Source: Candidatus Korobacteraceae bacterium (GTDB lineage: Bacteria; Acidobacteriota; Terriglobia; Terriglobales; Acidobacteriaceae). Taken from it: a DNA stretch of 64,000 nt. A program made the position numbers and the translations under genes. Below, piece by piece: positions 38,053 through 47,754 of this stretch (position 1 is the first letter of the stretch; every line of letters begins with the position of its first letter). The notes under the pieces were generated by a model. That model ran no database searches. It was not told where the DNA came from and saw only the letters and a program-made list of their open reading frames with translations. The stretch lies in NCBI GenBank assembly GCA_049511915.1, contig JBEKXQ010000010.1, positions 4,215 to 68,214 of the forward strand. Direction: 5' to 3'.

Positions 38053-39744
38053 TTAGCTCTTCCGGCCCAGAGCCTTGCGATAGCGGCTGATCAGCGTGTT
38101 GGTGGAGCTGTCGTGCTTCAGTTGCGGCGCGGAATCGCTCTCCAACTCCGGGATGATGCGCTTGGCCAGGACCTTCCCCAGTTCCACGCCCCACTGGTCG
38201 AAGGAATCGATGTTCCAGACGGCGCCTTGGGTGAAAACGTTGTGCTCATACAGCGCAACCAGCGTGCCCAAGGCTCGTGGCGTGAGCTTGTCGACCAAGA
38301 TGGTATTCGTCGGACGGTTGCCTTCGCAAACACGAAAGGGTGTCTGGAAGTCGGGCGAGCCTTCGGCCTTCAGCTCTCCGGCAGTTTTACCAAACGCCAG
38401 CGCCTCGGCCTGCGCGAAGACGTTCGCCGTAAGGTAGTCGTGCTGAACCTTGAGCGGGCTCAGCGGCTGGCAAAAAGCGATAAAGTCGCATGGGATCAGC
38501 TTCGTCCCCTGATGGATCAACTGGTAGAACGAGTGCTGGCCATCAGTGCCCGGCTCGCCCCAGATGATCGGGCCGGTCTGCCACTCCACGTGATTGCCTT
38601 CCAGATCAACGTGCTTCCCGTTGCTCTCCATCTGCAACTGCTGCAAATAGGCTGGGAAGCGTTTCATGTTGTCCGCGTAGGGCATGATGCCGACGGTCTG
38701 GGCACCGAAAAAGTTGTTGTACCACACTGTCAGAAGTCCCATCAGCACGGGCAAGTTCTTCTCCAGCGGGGTGGTGCGGAAATGCTCGTCCATCGCGTGG
38801 AAACCGGCCAGCAGCTCGGCAAAACTATCCGGACCAACGGCAATCATAGTGGACAGGCCGATGGCCGAATCCATCGAATACCGCCCACCGACCCAATCCC
38901 AGAAGCCGAACATGTTGGCGGTGTCGATGCCGAATTTTGCGACGCCCTCGGCGTTCGTCGAGACCGCGACAAAATGCTTGGCGACGGCGGCCTCGCTCTT
39001 CAGCGAATCCACGATCCACTTGCGCGCAGTGGCTGCATTGGTCATGGTCTCCAGCGTGGTGAAGGTCTTTGAAGACAGGATAAAAAGCGTTTCGGTGGGG
39101 TCGAGATCGTGGGTCGCATCGGTGAAGGTCGCGCCATCGACGTTAGCGACGAAGCGGAACTTCATTGATGGATCGGTAGAATCGCGTAGCGCGTCATAGG
39201 CCATTTCCGGACCAAGATACGAGCCGCCAATGCCGATGTTGATGACGTTCTTCATCGGCTTGCCGGTGTAACCCTTCCACTCACTGGTGCGCACGCGGTT
39301 GGAGAAGGCCGCCATTTTGTCGAGCACGGCATGAACGTCGGCAACGACGTCTTTGCCATCAACTTCGATTTTGACGCCACGCGGGGCGCGTAAAGCGACG
39401 TGCAGGACCGCACGTCTCTCCGTAATGTTGATCTTTTCACCGCGAAACATGGCGTCGCGGCGCGCTTCTACACCACACTCACGGGCAAGTTGCACCAGCA
39501 GACCGATGGTCTCGTCGGTGACACGGTTCTTGGAATAGTCCAGATACAACCCTGCGCCTTCGGCGGTTAGCCGTGTCCCACGCTGTGGGTCGTCGGCGAA
39601 CAACTGCCGCAGCTGGACGTCCTTGATTTTTTCGTAGTGAGCCTGGAGCGATTTCCAGGCTGGGGTGTCGATGGGTCGCTGGGTGGTCATCCTTGGCTCC
39701 GGCATATTTCCTCCCATGAATTCCTCGTCATGCAAATCTGTCAA
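38053..39744 (-). CDS. pgi: Glucose-6-phosphate isomerase
   Basis: Full-length PGI pattern ([20 protein letters not shown]). The start may be an internal Met. Confidence 0.95.
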   Translation of the reverse strand: MTDLHDEEFMGGNMPEPRMTTQRPIDTPAWKSLQAHYEKIKDVQLRQLFADDPQRGTRLTAEGAGLYLDYSKNRVTDETIGLLVQLARECGVEARRDAMFRGEKINITERRAVLHVALRAPRGVKIEVDGKDVVADVHAVLDKMAAFSNRVRTSEWKGYTGKPMKNVINIGIGGSYLGPEMAYDALRDSTDPSMKFRFVANVDGATFTDATHDLDPTETLFILSSKTFTTLETMTNAATARKWIVDSLKSEAAVAKHFVAVSTNAEGVAKFGIDTANMFGFWDWVGGRYSMDSAIGLSTMIAVGPDSFAELLAGFHAMDEHFRTTPLEKNLPVLMGLLTVWYNNFFGAQTVGIMPYADNMKRFPAYLQQLQMESNGKHVDLEGNHVEWQTGPIIWGEPGTDGQHSFYQLIHQGTKLIPCDFIAFCQPLSPLKVQHDYLTANVFAQAEALAFGKTAGELKAEGSPDFQTPFRVCEGNRPTNTILVDKLTPRALGTLVALYEHNVFTQGAVWNIDSFDQWGVELGKVLAKRIIPELESDSAPQLKHDSSTNTLISRYRKALGRKS

Positions 39745-39823
39745 AGCCGCGAGCTCCGAGCCACGAGCAAAAACCTAACGACGACGCCGTCCCCGGAACT
39801 TGCTCGAAGCTCGCGGCTAGCAG

Positions 39824-40900
39824 CTACTTCAATGCCTTGCTCTTGGTCTCGATCGAATTCAGGAGATCTTTCCATGAATCGACAAACGACTTCGCGCCCT
39901 CCGACTGCAAGTCCGCGGCGAGTTTGGTCAGATCGATACCAGCCTTGCTAAAGGCTGATAGTGTCTGCTCGCAACTTCCACCATCGCGAGGAATCGCTTT
40001 GGTGACACTGCCGTGCTCGCCAAAGGCGAGCAAAGTCTCTTCCGGCATGGTATCGACGGTGTTGGGTGCAGCCAGTGAGCCGATGTAAAGAACGTCCGAA
40101 GCCTTGGGGTCCTTGGTCCCAGTGCTGGCGAAGAGCAGGCGTTGCGCGCGCGCGCCCAGGTTGGCGAGCCGCTGCCAGCGATCGGACTCCAGCACATCGC
40201 GATACGCCTTGTACGTTTGCCAGCCGATGGCCGGGCCTAGCTGATCGCGAAGATCGGCGGGCACCTTGTCCATCGTGGCTTTGTCCCAGCGGCTGACAAA
40301 CAGCGACGCAACCGAGCGAACATCGGGACTGAGACCCGCTTCCACGCGGCGCTCCAGTCCATGCATGTAGGCGTCGGCGGCGCCAAGATAGTGCTCGCGG
40401 CTGAAGAGTAGCGTCACGTTCACCGACACGCCGGAGAAGATTGCCTCCTCAATGGCAGTTCTACCTTCGGGCGTGCCCGGAATCTTAATGAAAAGATTCG
40501 GACGCGCCGCTTTTTGGTGCAGCGTCTTGGCCACGGCAACCGTCGTTTCGGCGTCGTAAGCCAACAGTGGAGAAACCTCGAGTGATACCCAGCCATCCAC
40601 GGTCGCTGTGCGCTGGTGGATGGCAGCGAACAGGTCGGCAGCGCGGCGAAGATCTTCAATCGCCATCTCGAAGAACGAATCTTCTGCAGACAGGCCGCTA
40701 GACATCAGCTTGGCGATCTCCCCGTCGTACGAGTCTCCGTGAGTCATCGCCTGATCGAAGATCGTCGGATTCGAGGTTAGGCCTGTAATCGACAACTCGT
40801 CGATGTAGCGCTTTAACGTGCCAGTGTCGAGCATCTGGCGGGTGATATTGTCGAGCCATAGACTCTGTCCAAGGTCATGCAGTTGTTGCGTGGCTTTCAT
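39824..40900 (-). CDS. tal: Transaldolase
   Basis: Motifs LGQSLWLDNITR, GLTSNPTIF and FIKIPGT (Schiff-base Lys region). Confidence 0.95.
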   Translation of the reverse strand: MKATQQLHDLGQSLWLDNITRQMLDTGTLKRYIDELSITGLTSNPTIFDQAMTHGDSYDGEIAKLMSSGLSAEDSFFEMAIEDLRRAADLFAAIHQRTATVDGWVSLEVSPLLAYDAETTVAVAKTLHQKAARPNLFIKIPGTPEGRTAIEEAIFSGVSVNVTLLFSREHYLGAADAYMHGLERRVEAGLSPDVRSVASLFVSRWDKATMDKVPADLRDQLGPAIGWQTYKAYRDVLESDRWQRLANLGARAQRLLFASTGTKDPKASDVLYIGSLAAPNTVDTMPEETLLAFGEHGSVTKAIPRDGGSCEQTLSAFSKAGIDLTKLAADLQSEGAKSFVDSWKDLLNSIETKSKALK

Positions 40901-40914
40901 CTTGTTACCTCTCT

Positions 40915-41661
40915 TCAGGTAGCTTCTTCGGGCGGCTTTGCAGGCACCCAGGAGCGCAATTCAATGTCCAGCAGGTCGGCGATGCGCCGGATGCTGATAT
41001 CGGCAGGCCGGTACTTAGCGATCGCTTTCTTATCGCGTGCATAGTGGCCCTGGCGCACAAACACGGTCGTAACACGATCCTTCCAAACATCTTTGATGGC
41101 CTCGAGGAGCCGAAGTTTGTCGTCGACCATTACGTAGTGCCGCGCGGGATAAAGGCTCTCCACACACTCCAGCTCCCGCTCTTTGTGGATGAAGATCAGG
41201 ACATTTCCGCCAACGGCTTTCCATAAGCCTGAGCGCTCGACCTTGCGCGGCTGGAATACGGCGTCACCGTCGGATAATATTGCCACTTTCCCCCAGCGCT
41301 TCGCGTGTTTGAGTACCTCCAGAGCGTCGGGATACAGGCGCGCCGCAAACGGATACTCGATCAGCCAGTTGGCCACGTGGAGGAAACGCGGATCCCGCAA
41401 CTTCTCCTGGCGGTAACCCTGAAGCGCGCCGAGATAGTCCGCATAGCCAAGCTTGTCTCGCAGATCTTCAAAGATAGCCAGATAGCGCTCCCGCGCCTCC
41501 TTGCCGAACTCGCGACCGATATGACGAAAGAGATCGTTTTGCAAACGATCATTGTCCAGCAGAGTGTTGTCGACATCGAAGAGAAACACCAAGTCCTTCA
41601 TTTTGCGTGGTGCAGGCTGCCGGACAGGAGTTCTCGAAATGGAAGCTTTTCTGGCGCTCAT
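40915..41661 (-). CDS. HAD-superfamily hydrolase
   Basis: Motif I FLFDVDNTLLDND. The ATG at 41661 overlaps the zwf stop (ATGA). The alternative start MKDLVF is at 41601. Confidence 0.75.
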   Translation of the reverse strand: MSARKASISRTPVRQPAPRKMKDLVFLFDVDNTLLDNDRLQNDLFRHIGREFGKEARERYLAIFEDLRDKLGYADYLGALQGYRQEKLRDPRFLHVANWLIEYPFAARLYPDALEVLKHAKRWGKVAILSDGDAVFQPRKVERSGLWKAVGGNVLIFIHKERELECVESLYPARHYVMVDDKLRLLEAIKDVWKDRVTTVFVRQGHYARDKKAIAKYRPADISIRRIADLLDIELRSWVPAKPPEEAT

Positions 41662-43067
41662 TTGGTCGCAGCTTGCGAACGATCTTCGCTGGACGATCGC
41701 TGCGGATTGATCCACGGTCCATCCTGCGCGATGAGCTGGAGGGCTTCATCCGGACCCCATGTCCCCGGCTCGTACTGATACACCGGCGTAACGTTGTCGA
41801 GGATTGGCTGCACGATGCGCCACTGGGCTTCCACCAGGTCCTGACGTGCAAAGAGCTCTCCGTTGCCCCGCATTGCATCGCCGAGAAGGCGCTGATAGGG
41901 CGGCATGTCGTCGACAGCTTGGCTCTTCAATCTCAACTCAACGTCCTGGCCCACCATGCGTTCGCCGGGAACCTTCACGCGAACGCCTAGATCGATACTG
42001 ATGTCCGGGCCGACTTGCATCCGCAAGTGCGAGGACTGCCGCGGCACGATCTCATGGAAGGTTTCTCGCGGCGGACGTTTGAACTCCACAATCGCTTCCA
42101 TGCAGGTGACCGGCATGACCTTGCCGGCGCGAATATAAATGGGGACGCCGGCCCAGCGCCAGCTATCGATATGGAGCTTGATGGCGACGAAGGTCTCGAC
42201 CGTGGAAGCTGGAGCCACGCCAGGGACTTGCTTGTAGCCTTTATATTGGCCACGGACGACATCTTCCGGCTTCAGAGGAACGACGGCCTTCAGAAGCGCA
42301 GCCTTCTGATCGCGTTCGGCGTCGTGATCTTCTCCGGTTGGCGGACCCATCGTCAGATTGCCCAGCACCTGCAGCATGTGGTTCTGCACAACGTCGCGGA
42401 TGGCGCCGGTCTCGTCGTAGAACCTGCCGCGGTCGCTCACGCCGAAGTTTTCCGCCATGGTGATCTGAATGCTGCGAACATGTTCACGGTTCCAGATGGG
42501 CTCGAAGATTGGGTTGGCGAAGCGAGTGTACAAAATATTCTGCACCGGTTCTTTGCCGAGGTAGTGGTCGATGCGATAGATATCCTCCTCGGGAAAGAAG
42601 CGGTGCAGGGTCCGATTCAGTTCCTGCGCGGAAGGCAGATTGTGTCCGAAGGGTTTTTCGACCACGATTCGCGCGTTGGTCGCACAGCCCGATTTCGCCA
42701 AGCCCTCGGCTACCGTGCCAAATAAGCTGGGTGGAACGGCAAGGTAGTGCAGCGGAGCTTTAGCCTCGCCGAGTTGCTTACGCAGTTCGGTGAAGGTTGC
42801 CCCATCCGCGTAGTCGCCATCGACGTAGTGCAAGAGGCTGAGCAATTTCTCGAAGGCCGCCTGCTCTAGGCCGCCGTGATTCTCCAGGCTGTCTTTGGCG
42901 CGTTCTCTGAGTTGGTCGAGATTCCAGCTGGCCTTGGCGACGCCGATGATGGGGATGTTGAATCCCTCGTAGCGAATCAGGTCCTGCAGGGATGGGAAAA
43001 CCTGCTTATAAGCCAGGTCTCCCGTGGCTCCGAAAAACACGAAGGCATCCGACATTCCATTTGACAT
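41658..43067 (-). CDS. zwf: Glucose-6-phosphate 1-dehydrogenase
   Basis: Motifs FGATGDLAYKQ and RIDHYLGKE. The ATG at 43067 has GGGAG upstream. The track ORF extends to 43139. Confidence 0.95.
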   Translation of the reverse strand: MSNGMSDAFVFFGATGDLAYKQVFPSLQDLIRYEGFNIPIIGVAKASWNLDQLRERAKDSLENHGGLEQAAFEKLLSLLHYVDGDYADGATFTELRKQLGEAKAPLHYLAVPPSLFGTVAEGLAKSGCATNARIVVEKPFGHNLPSAQELNRTLHRFFPEEDIYRIDHYLGKEPVQNILYTRFANPIFEPIWNREHVRSIQITMAENFGVSDRGRFYDETGAIRDVVQNHMLQVLGNLTMGPPTGEDHDAERDQKAALLKAVVPLKPEDVVRGQYKGYKQVPGVAPASTVETFVAIKLHIDSWRWAGVPIYIRAGKVMPVTCMEAIVEFKRPPRETFHEIVPRQSSHLRMQVGPDISIDLGVRVKVPGERMVGQDVELRLKSQAVDDMPPYQRLLGDAMRGNGELFARQDLVEAQWRIVQPILDNVTPVYQYEPGTWGPDEALQLIAQDGPWINPQRSSSEDRSQAATK

Positions 43068-43294
43068 TGGCGTGCTCCCGTTTGCGGCGTCTTTGCCGGA
43101 CCTCGTAGTTGCACTCGCGGCCTTGGTCCAAGACCGCATGACAACAACAGCGTTTTTGCGTTTGCCGTCCGGCTGAGGCCATTGAGCGGTAAGAATGCCT
43201 ACGCAGAACGAAGTGTCGGGAATTTTACTCCAAGTAGGTCAATAATCAAACCACCCTACGATGTTGGATATTTCTGGCGTCCGCCGACGCCCCA

Positions 43295-44161
43295 CTAAGC
43301 AACCGAAAGGTTGACCGGTTCCTGGCGATCGACACGATGGACAAAGGCAATTGCCTGGCGCTCGGCCCACCGGCCGTCATAGCCATCCGGAGCGGCCAGG
43401 AAAGCGCAATGTCCCCCCTGCATGGTTTCCTTGAAGGTGATGTGCGAATTGCCCAGGAGCTTCGCCCGGGTTTCCGGCAAAACGCGAATGAAGGGGTCGT
43501 CCTGGGCATGAAGCACCAGAGTGGGAACGGCGATGCGGTCGATGACAGTGGCCGAGGCGGCGCGCGTATAGTAATCTTGGGCGTCGCGAAACCCGGAGTA
43601 GCGGGCGGTGATCTGGTCGTCGAAGTCGCGCATGCTGCGCATGCCACGCAAGTAGCGCACATCGTAGCGATCGGGATAAAGGGCAGCCTTGCGCAACATG
43701 CGGCGACGGAGTCCCAGAAGAAACTTCCACTCGTAAACGCGATTGACGCGGGCGTGCAGCGCGTCAGAGGAAGGTGCAAGGTCCATCGCGGGAGAGACGC
43801 CAACCCCCGCTTTGACTTGCGGCGGAGCATCTGTTCCCCACTCACCGAACAGCTTCAGCACCAGATTGCCTCCCATGGAATATCCCACGAACGCCAACTT
43901 TTGCAGGCCATCTTCGTTAATCAGAGTCTGCGCTATTGCGCCGACATCGCCCGACATGCCGGAGTTGTACAAGGTGGGACCGAGATGCTCCGTGTCACCA
44001 CAGTTGCGCATGTTCATGCGGACTACGTTCATCCCCGCTGCCCAGGCCTTGCTTCCGGTACCGATCACATACTGCGATTCGCTGGAGCCTTCGAGTCCAT
44101 GCACGATGACGAGGGTCATCGCGGTTTTGCGCTCGGGCTGCCAATGGCAATGGCACAGCAC
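43295..44161 (-). CDS. YheT-like alpha/beta hydrolase (minimal ORF; homology continues upstream to about 44290)
   Basis: Motifs HGLEGSSESQY, GYSMGGN, FDDQITA, LHAQDDPF and GGHCAF. An upstream in-frame FRPRRPFVSGHAQTIAGNFLPRR matches the family N-terminus but has no canonical start (see findings). Confidence 0.8.
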   Translation of the reverse strand: MLCHCHWQPERKTAMTLVIVHGLEGSSESQYVIGTGSKAWAAGMNVVRMNMRNCGDTEHLGPTLYNSGMSGDVGAIAQTLINEDGLQKLAFVGYSMGGNLVLKLFGEWGTDAPPQVKAGVGVSPAMDLAPSSDALHARVNRVYEWKFLLGLRRRMLRKAALYPDRYDVRYLRGMRSMRDFDDQITARYSGFRDAQDYYTRAASATVIDRIAVPTLVLHAQDDPFIRVLPETRAKLLGNSHITFKETMQGGHCAFLAAPDGYDGRWAERQAIAFVHRVDRQEPVNLSVA

Positions 44162-44475
44162 CTGGACTTCCGGTTCGACCTGAAACAGCCGCTCCTGCGG
44201 CGGAGGCAGAAGATTGCGACGCGGCAGGAAGTTTCCGGCAATCGTCTGGGCATGGCCGCTGACGAACGGGCGGCGCGGCCGAAAGGGCTCGCCAAAGAAA
44301 TCGGGCTGCTGCGCCGCCTCGGTGGCGGGAAGCCGAAGCTCCGACGCCCCGCGGGCAGATTCATTGTTGAGAAGGATAGATCAAAGCTCCTGCATCTATA
44401 ATGATGTGCTAATGGTTGCCGCCGATTCGCTATAAACCAGCGAAGGGCTGCGAATCACGCGAATTGGAGTATTTG

Positions 44476-44691
44476 ATGCCTATTTTCGAATACCGCTGCG
44501 AAGCCTGTGGACACAAGTTCGAGGCCATCCTCTTCGGCCAGCAGACGCCGGAATGTCCTAGTTGTCACACCGAAAAGCTGGAGAAACAGCTTTCAACCTT
44601 CGCCGTCAGCAAGGGCGGTGCCGCGTCGCCGGAGGCGGGCTGCGGACAGACGAACTGCTGCAGGATGAACGGCGGCTGCGAGCTGAACTAA
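44476..44691 (+). CDS. FmdB-family zinc-ribbon protein
   Basis: MPIFEYRCEACGHKFE...CPSCH pattern. GGAG RBS upstream of the ATG at 44476. Confidence 0.8.
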   Translation: MPIFEYRCEACGHKFEAILFGQQTPECPSCHTEKLEKQLSTFAVSKGGAASPEAGCGQTNCCRMNGGCELN

Positions 44692-44696
44692 GGCCG

Positions 44697-45026
44697 CTAG
44701 CTGAGCAGCACGTCGGGGTTCTTACGGGCGACATATAACAGCTTGAGCGTGGCCTGGCGCGGTTGGCGGACGCCTTGCTCCCAACTCTCAACCGCATTCG
44801 AACTCACGTTCAACAGACGCGCGAATAGCGCCTGACTGGCGTTCAGGCTCTCCCGCAGGGCGCGAATGTCGGTACCCTTCATCGGCTTGGGCCGCGGCGG
44901 GATCTCGACCGAGCGCAGATCGAGCTTGATACCACTTTTTTCAGAAGCAGCTACAGCCGGGACCTTTTCTTCGACTTTACGCTTACTTTTCTTCTTATCT
45001 TTCTTGTTCTTCTTACCCATCGTCAC
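44697..45026 (-). CDS. XRE-type helix-turn-helix protein (antitoxin-like C-terminal domain, Lys-rich N-terminus)
   Basis: IRALRESLNASQALFARLLNVSSNAVESWEQGVRQP HTH. N-terminal KKNKKDKKKSKRK. Confidence 0.7.
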   Translation of the reverse strand: MTMGKKNKKDKKKSKRKVEEKVPAVAASEKSGIKLDLRSVEIPPRPKPMKGTDIRALRESLNASQALFARLLNVSSNAVESWEQGVRQPRQATLKLLYVARKNPDVLLS

Positions 45027-45102
45027 CCTCCCGAAATACCCTGATATCCCACATAGTAGGACTTGGAAAACGGGCCGTAAATAGCGCTTTAGCGCCGCGC
45101 CT

Positions 45103-45969
45103 TCAGCCCACCTTCTGCCGAACCGGCCGTGCCACAGGTCGTCCCTTTTCGCCTATCTCAAGGTATGCCCAAGGCAGTTCGTGATCGTGGGTAAAGACTA
45201 CGAGCCACCGTTCAGGGATGGCGACCTCGTAGAACCGGTGCTTGTTGGCGATGCTCTCCAGGGGATAGAGATCGAAGCCGAGGGTCCATGTGGGATCGAG
45301 GTGCTTGGTATCGCAAACAAGGTCGCTGGGATAGGCGGCAACCTTGCCGCCGCTGCGCACGATAACTGCCTGCATGTCGCGAGTGTGTCCGGGATAGACC
45401 TTCACTGAAATGCCGGGAACAATTTCCGCGTCGCCATTCAGCAGCTTCATTTGGCCGCTGTTGACCAGGGGATCGTAATTGTCGGTCATGTAACTGACGC
45501 GGTCGCGCTCATGCAGCTCATGAGCATGCTGCAGTTCGCCTTCCTGGACGTAGTAGGTGGCGCGAGGAAACGTCGCGACCGGCTTGCCGTCCTTATAGTA
45601 GGTGTTCCAGCCACAGTGGTCGAAGTGCAGATGAGTGTTGATGACGATGTCGATCTCGTCTGGCGAGATCCCGGACTGCTCGAAGCTCTTCATCAGCAGT
45701 GCCTGGTTGCGATAGATGGCCTGACTTTTCTCGTTCAGCTTGTTGCCGATGCCGGTCTCGATAAGGACGTTCTGTTTGCCAGTGCGCACCAGCAGCGAGT
45801 TGGTGCCCATCGGAATGGTGTTGCGCTCGTCAGGAGTGATGCGCTTTTCCCACATGACCTTGGGGATGACGCCAAACATGGTGCCACCGTCGATGTAATA
45901 GTTGCCATCCGAAAGGATCGTCAGCTCAAAATCGCCCAGCGTCGTTCGATGCACAGATCTTCTCCTCAA
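45103..45969 (-). CDS. MBL-fold metallo-hydrolase
   Basis: HxHxDH motif HLHFDHCG. 288 aa. Confidence 0.85.
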   Translation of the reverse strand: MRRRSVHRTTLGDFELTILSDGNYYIDGGTMFGVIPKVMWEKRITPDERNTIPMGTNSLLVRTGKQNVLIETGIGNKLNEKSQAIYRNQALLMKSFEQSGISPDEIDIVINTHLHFDHCGWNTYYKDGKPVATFPRATYYVQEGELQHAHELHERDRVSYMTDNYDPLVNSGQMKLLNGDAEIVPGISVKVYPGHTRDMQAVIVRSGGKVAAYPSDLVCDTKHLDPTWTLGFDLYPLESIANKHRFYEVAIPERWLVVFTHDHELPWAYLEIGEKGRPVARPVRQKVG

Positions 45970-46039
45970 AAGCGATGTTCTCGATCATACTGAATTGACG
46001 CCTGCGCCGGCGGTAGGCGCATGTGAGGCAGGTGCTCCG

Positions 46040-46423
46040 ATGCGGCAAATTGCTTTCGTATTGCTATTGAGTTCGGCGCTGCTGGCGCAGGATTCTTCGA
46101 GTCAAAGAGGAACCGGAGATCAAGCTCTAAATCCCGCTGCGAGTGGACCAGGGCAGCCCTCTGCGCAGCAACAGACAGCTCAGGCGGGCGACGAACTGGC
46201 GCGTATGCGAGATGATCTGAATAAGCTGGAAAGCCTGAACATGAACATGACCAGCGAGATCCTGTTTCTGCGCGATCAGAACCTGCAGATCCTGTTGCGG
46301 ACCAACTCGCAGATGTGGACGATCCTGATTCGCGATATGCGCCAACAGATCGAGCGCGAGGAACAGCGCCGAGCAGCGCCGCCGCAACCTCAGAGGCCGG
46401 CTGCGAAGCCAAGCCCGCGGTAG
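46040..46423 (+). CDS. Secreted coiled-coil protein, unknown function
   Basis: Internal ATG at 46040. Signal peptide MRQIAFVLLLSSALLAQ. Confidence 0.5.
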   Translation: MRQIAFVLLLSSALLAQDSSSQRGTGDQALNPAASGPGQPSAQQQTAQAGDELARMRDDLNKLESLNMNMTSEILFLRDQNLQILLRTNSQMWTILIRDMRQQIEREEQRRAAPPQPQRPAAKPSPR

Positions 46424-46438
46424 GCAAGTTCGGAAGCT

Positions 46439-47101
46439 CTACTGCGATCCGGCGCCGGCGGCATTCGACGGGGTGAGCGGGATCTCGAAATACATGAGGT
46501 CACTGCCACCGGCGTCCCGCACTCCGGTCAGGTAGATATGCGCGCCTTGCAGCGGCTGCTTGACGTCGGACACATCGAAAAATAGAAAGCCTGATTTGGT
46601 AGTGTGCGGCTCGACCGCCTGAGCAGCGAAGTTCGCGGCCATGATCTCTTCGTACTGCTTCTGGGCCTTCTTGTTCTTGTTACCCGACAGCGGGATGGGG
46701 CCAACGCGCGGAGGAGGGGTGGTGCTGCCGCTGATGTGAGCAACGCGGCGAAGAACATCGTCCGTCGTCAGTGAGTCCATCTTGGCACGCCCCGCCGTCA
46801 CCAACTGCGCTCGCATGTTGTTTACCGTGATGGGCTGGTCGCCGTCATTCGTGATCACCAGAAAGACCGGCAGAATTCCTTCATGGTTGTAGGGCGTGAT
46901 GAAGATGTTGTCCTTGGGCGAAGTGTTGTAGAGATCGATGGCCCCAGTGACCTTCTCGCTGGCGTGAGCGTCCTTACAGGCATAGGTGTTCGCGTTCTCG
47001 GCGCGCGGCGGAACAAAATCCTTCGCGGCCCATAGTGTCAGCGAGGAGAACGCAACCGTTATGACAAGGGCCAACAGCAGGCAAACGCGTCGAGAGAGCA
47101 T
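46439..47101 (-). CDS. Secreted/anchored protein, unknown function
   Basis: ATG at 47101 (MLSRRVCLLLALVITVAF). The longer track ORF would overlap the CBS gene. Confidence 0.55.
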   Translation of the reverse strand: MLSRRVCLLLALVITVAFSSLTLWAAKDFVPPRAENANTYACKDAHASEKVTGAIDLYNTSPKDNIFITPYNHEGILPVFLVITNDGDQPITVNNMRAQLVTAGRAKMDSLTTDDVLRRVAHISGSTTPPPRVGPIPLSGNKNKKAQKQYEEIMAANFAAQAVEPHTTKSGFLFFDVSDVKQPLQGAHIYLTGVRDAGGSDLMYFEIPLTPSNAAGAGSQ

Positions 47102-47207
47102 ACTGGGATTATCCACTTTCTGCGCTGAGCTGCTCAACCTGCAGTTGACGCCAATGGCTCCGGCAACATAACCTCGCACTCGTGCGGCGAAAGGAATTTC
47201 AACTGTC

Positions 47208-47645
47208 ATGAGTCTTCTGCAATGGTGTGACGAAGGTCCGGCGACGGTGGGCTTGGAGGCGACGGTCGAGGACGCGATACGAACCATGATCGACAAGGCC
47301 GTCGGTGCGGTCGCGGTCGTCGACGAACAAACAGTTGTGGCTGGTATGTTTACGGAACGCGATGTCCTGGCCAAGTTCGCGCTCAGCGGACGCGATCCAT
47401 ACACCACGCCGGTGCGCGAGGTGATGAGCCCCATCGTCGAGATGGCAACGGAAGAGACTACCCCCAGTGAAGCGCTGGCAGTTATGCTGGAGCGGCATTA
47501 TCGCCACATGCCCATTGTGAGCGAGGAGGGCAAGTTGCTGGGAGTTCTCTCAATCCGTAACATCCTGGAAGCGCGGGTCGACGACTTGCTGGCGCAGCTG
47601 GATGGAGTGCAGCAGGTTCGGCCGCTGGCAGCCGTTCCAGAGTAA
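47208..47645 (+). CDS. CBS-domain pair protein
   Basis: 145 aa with two CBS-like units (VGAVAVVDEQ..., HMPIVSEEGKLLGVLSIRNIL). Confidence 0.8.
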   Translation: MSLLQWCDEGPATVGLEATVEDAIRTMIDKAVGAVAVVDEQTVVAGMFTERDVLAKFALSGRDPYTTPVREVMSPIVEMATEETTPSEALAVMLERHYRHMPIVSEEGKLLGVLSIRNILEARVDDLLAQLDGVQQVRPLAAVPE

Positions 47646-47677
47646 CGAGGGGAATTCCTGGGCATGTCATAGCGAAG

Positions 47678-47740
47678 TCCCTCAGCGGCTAAAGCCGGAT
47701 TGATATTGCGGAATTTACGGACGGTCTGAAGGCCGTCCCC
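47678..47740 (+). repeat. Intergenic hairpin repeat, family D copy 1
   Basis: TCCCTCAGCGGCTAAAGCC...ACGGACGGTCTGAAGGCCGTCCCC. Near-identical architecture at 62784-62845. Confidence 0.8.
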
Positions 47741-47754
47741 TTCGCGGAAACTAC

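Noticed and set aside
38032-39072. 346-aa plus-strand ORF antisense to pgi
   Set aside because: Shadow ORF. pgi on the minus strand has unambiguous motifs across the same span.
43337-44401. 354-aa plus-strand ORF antisense to the YheT-like hydrolase
   Set aside because: No motifs, and composition typical of an antisense frame. The minus-strand hydrolase motifs are clear.
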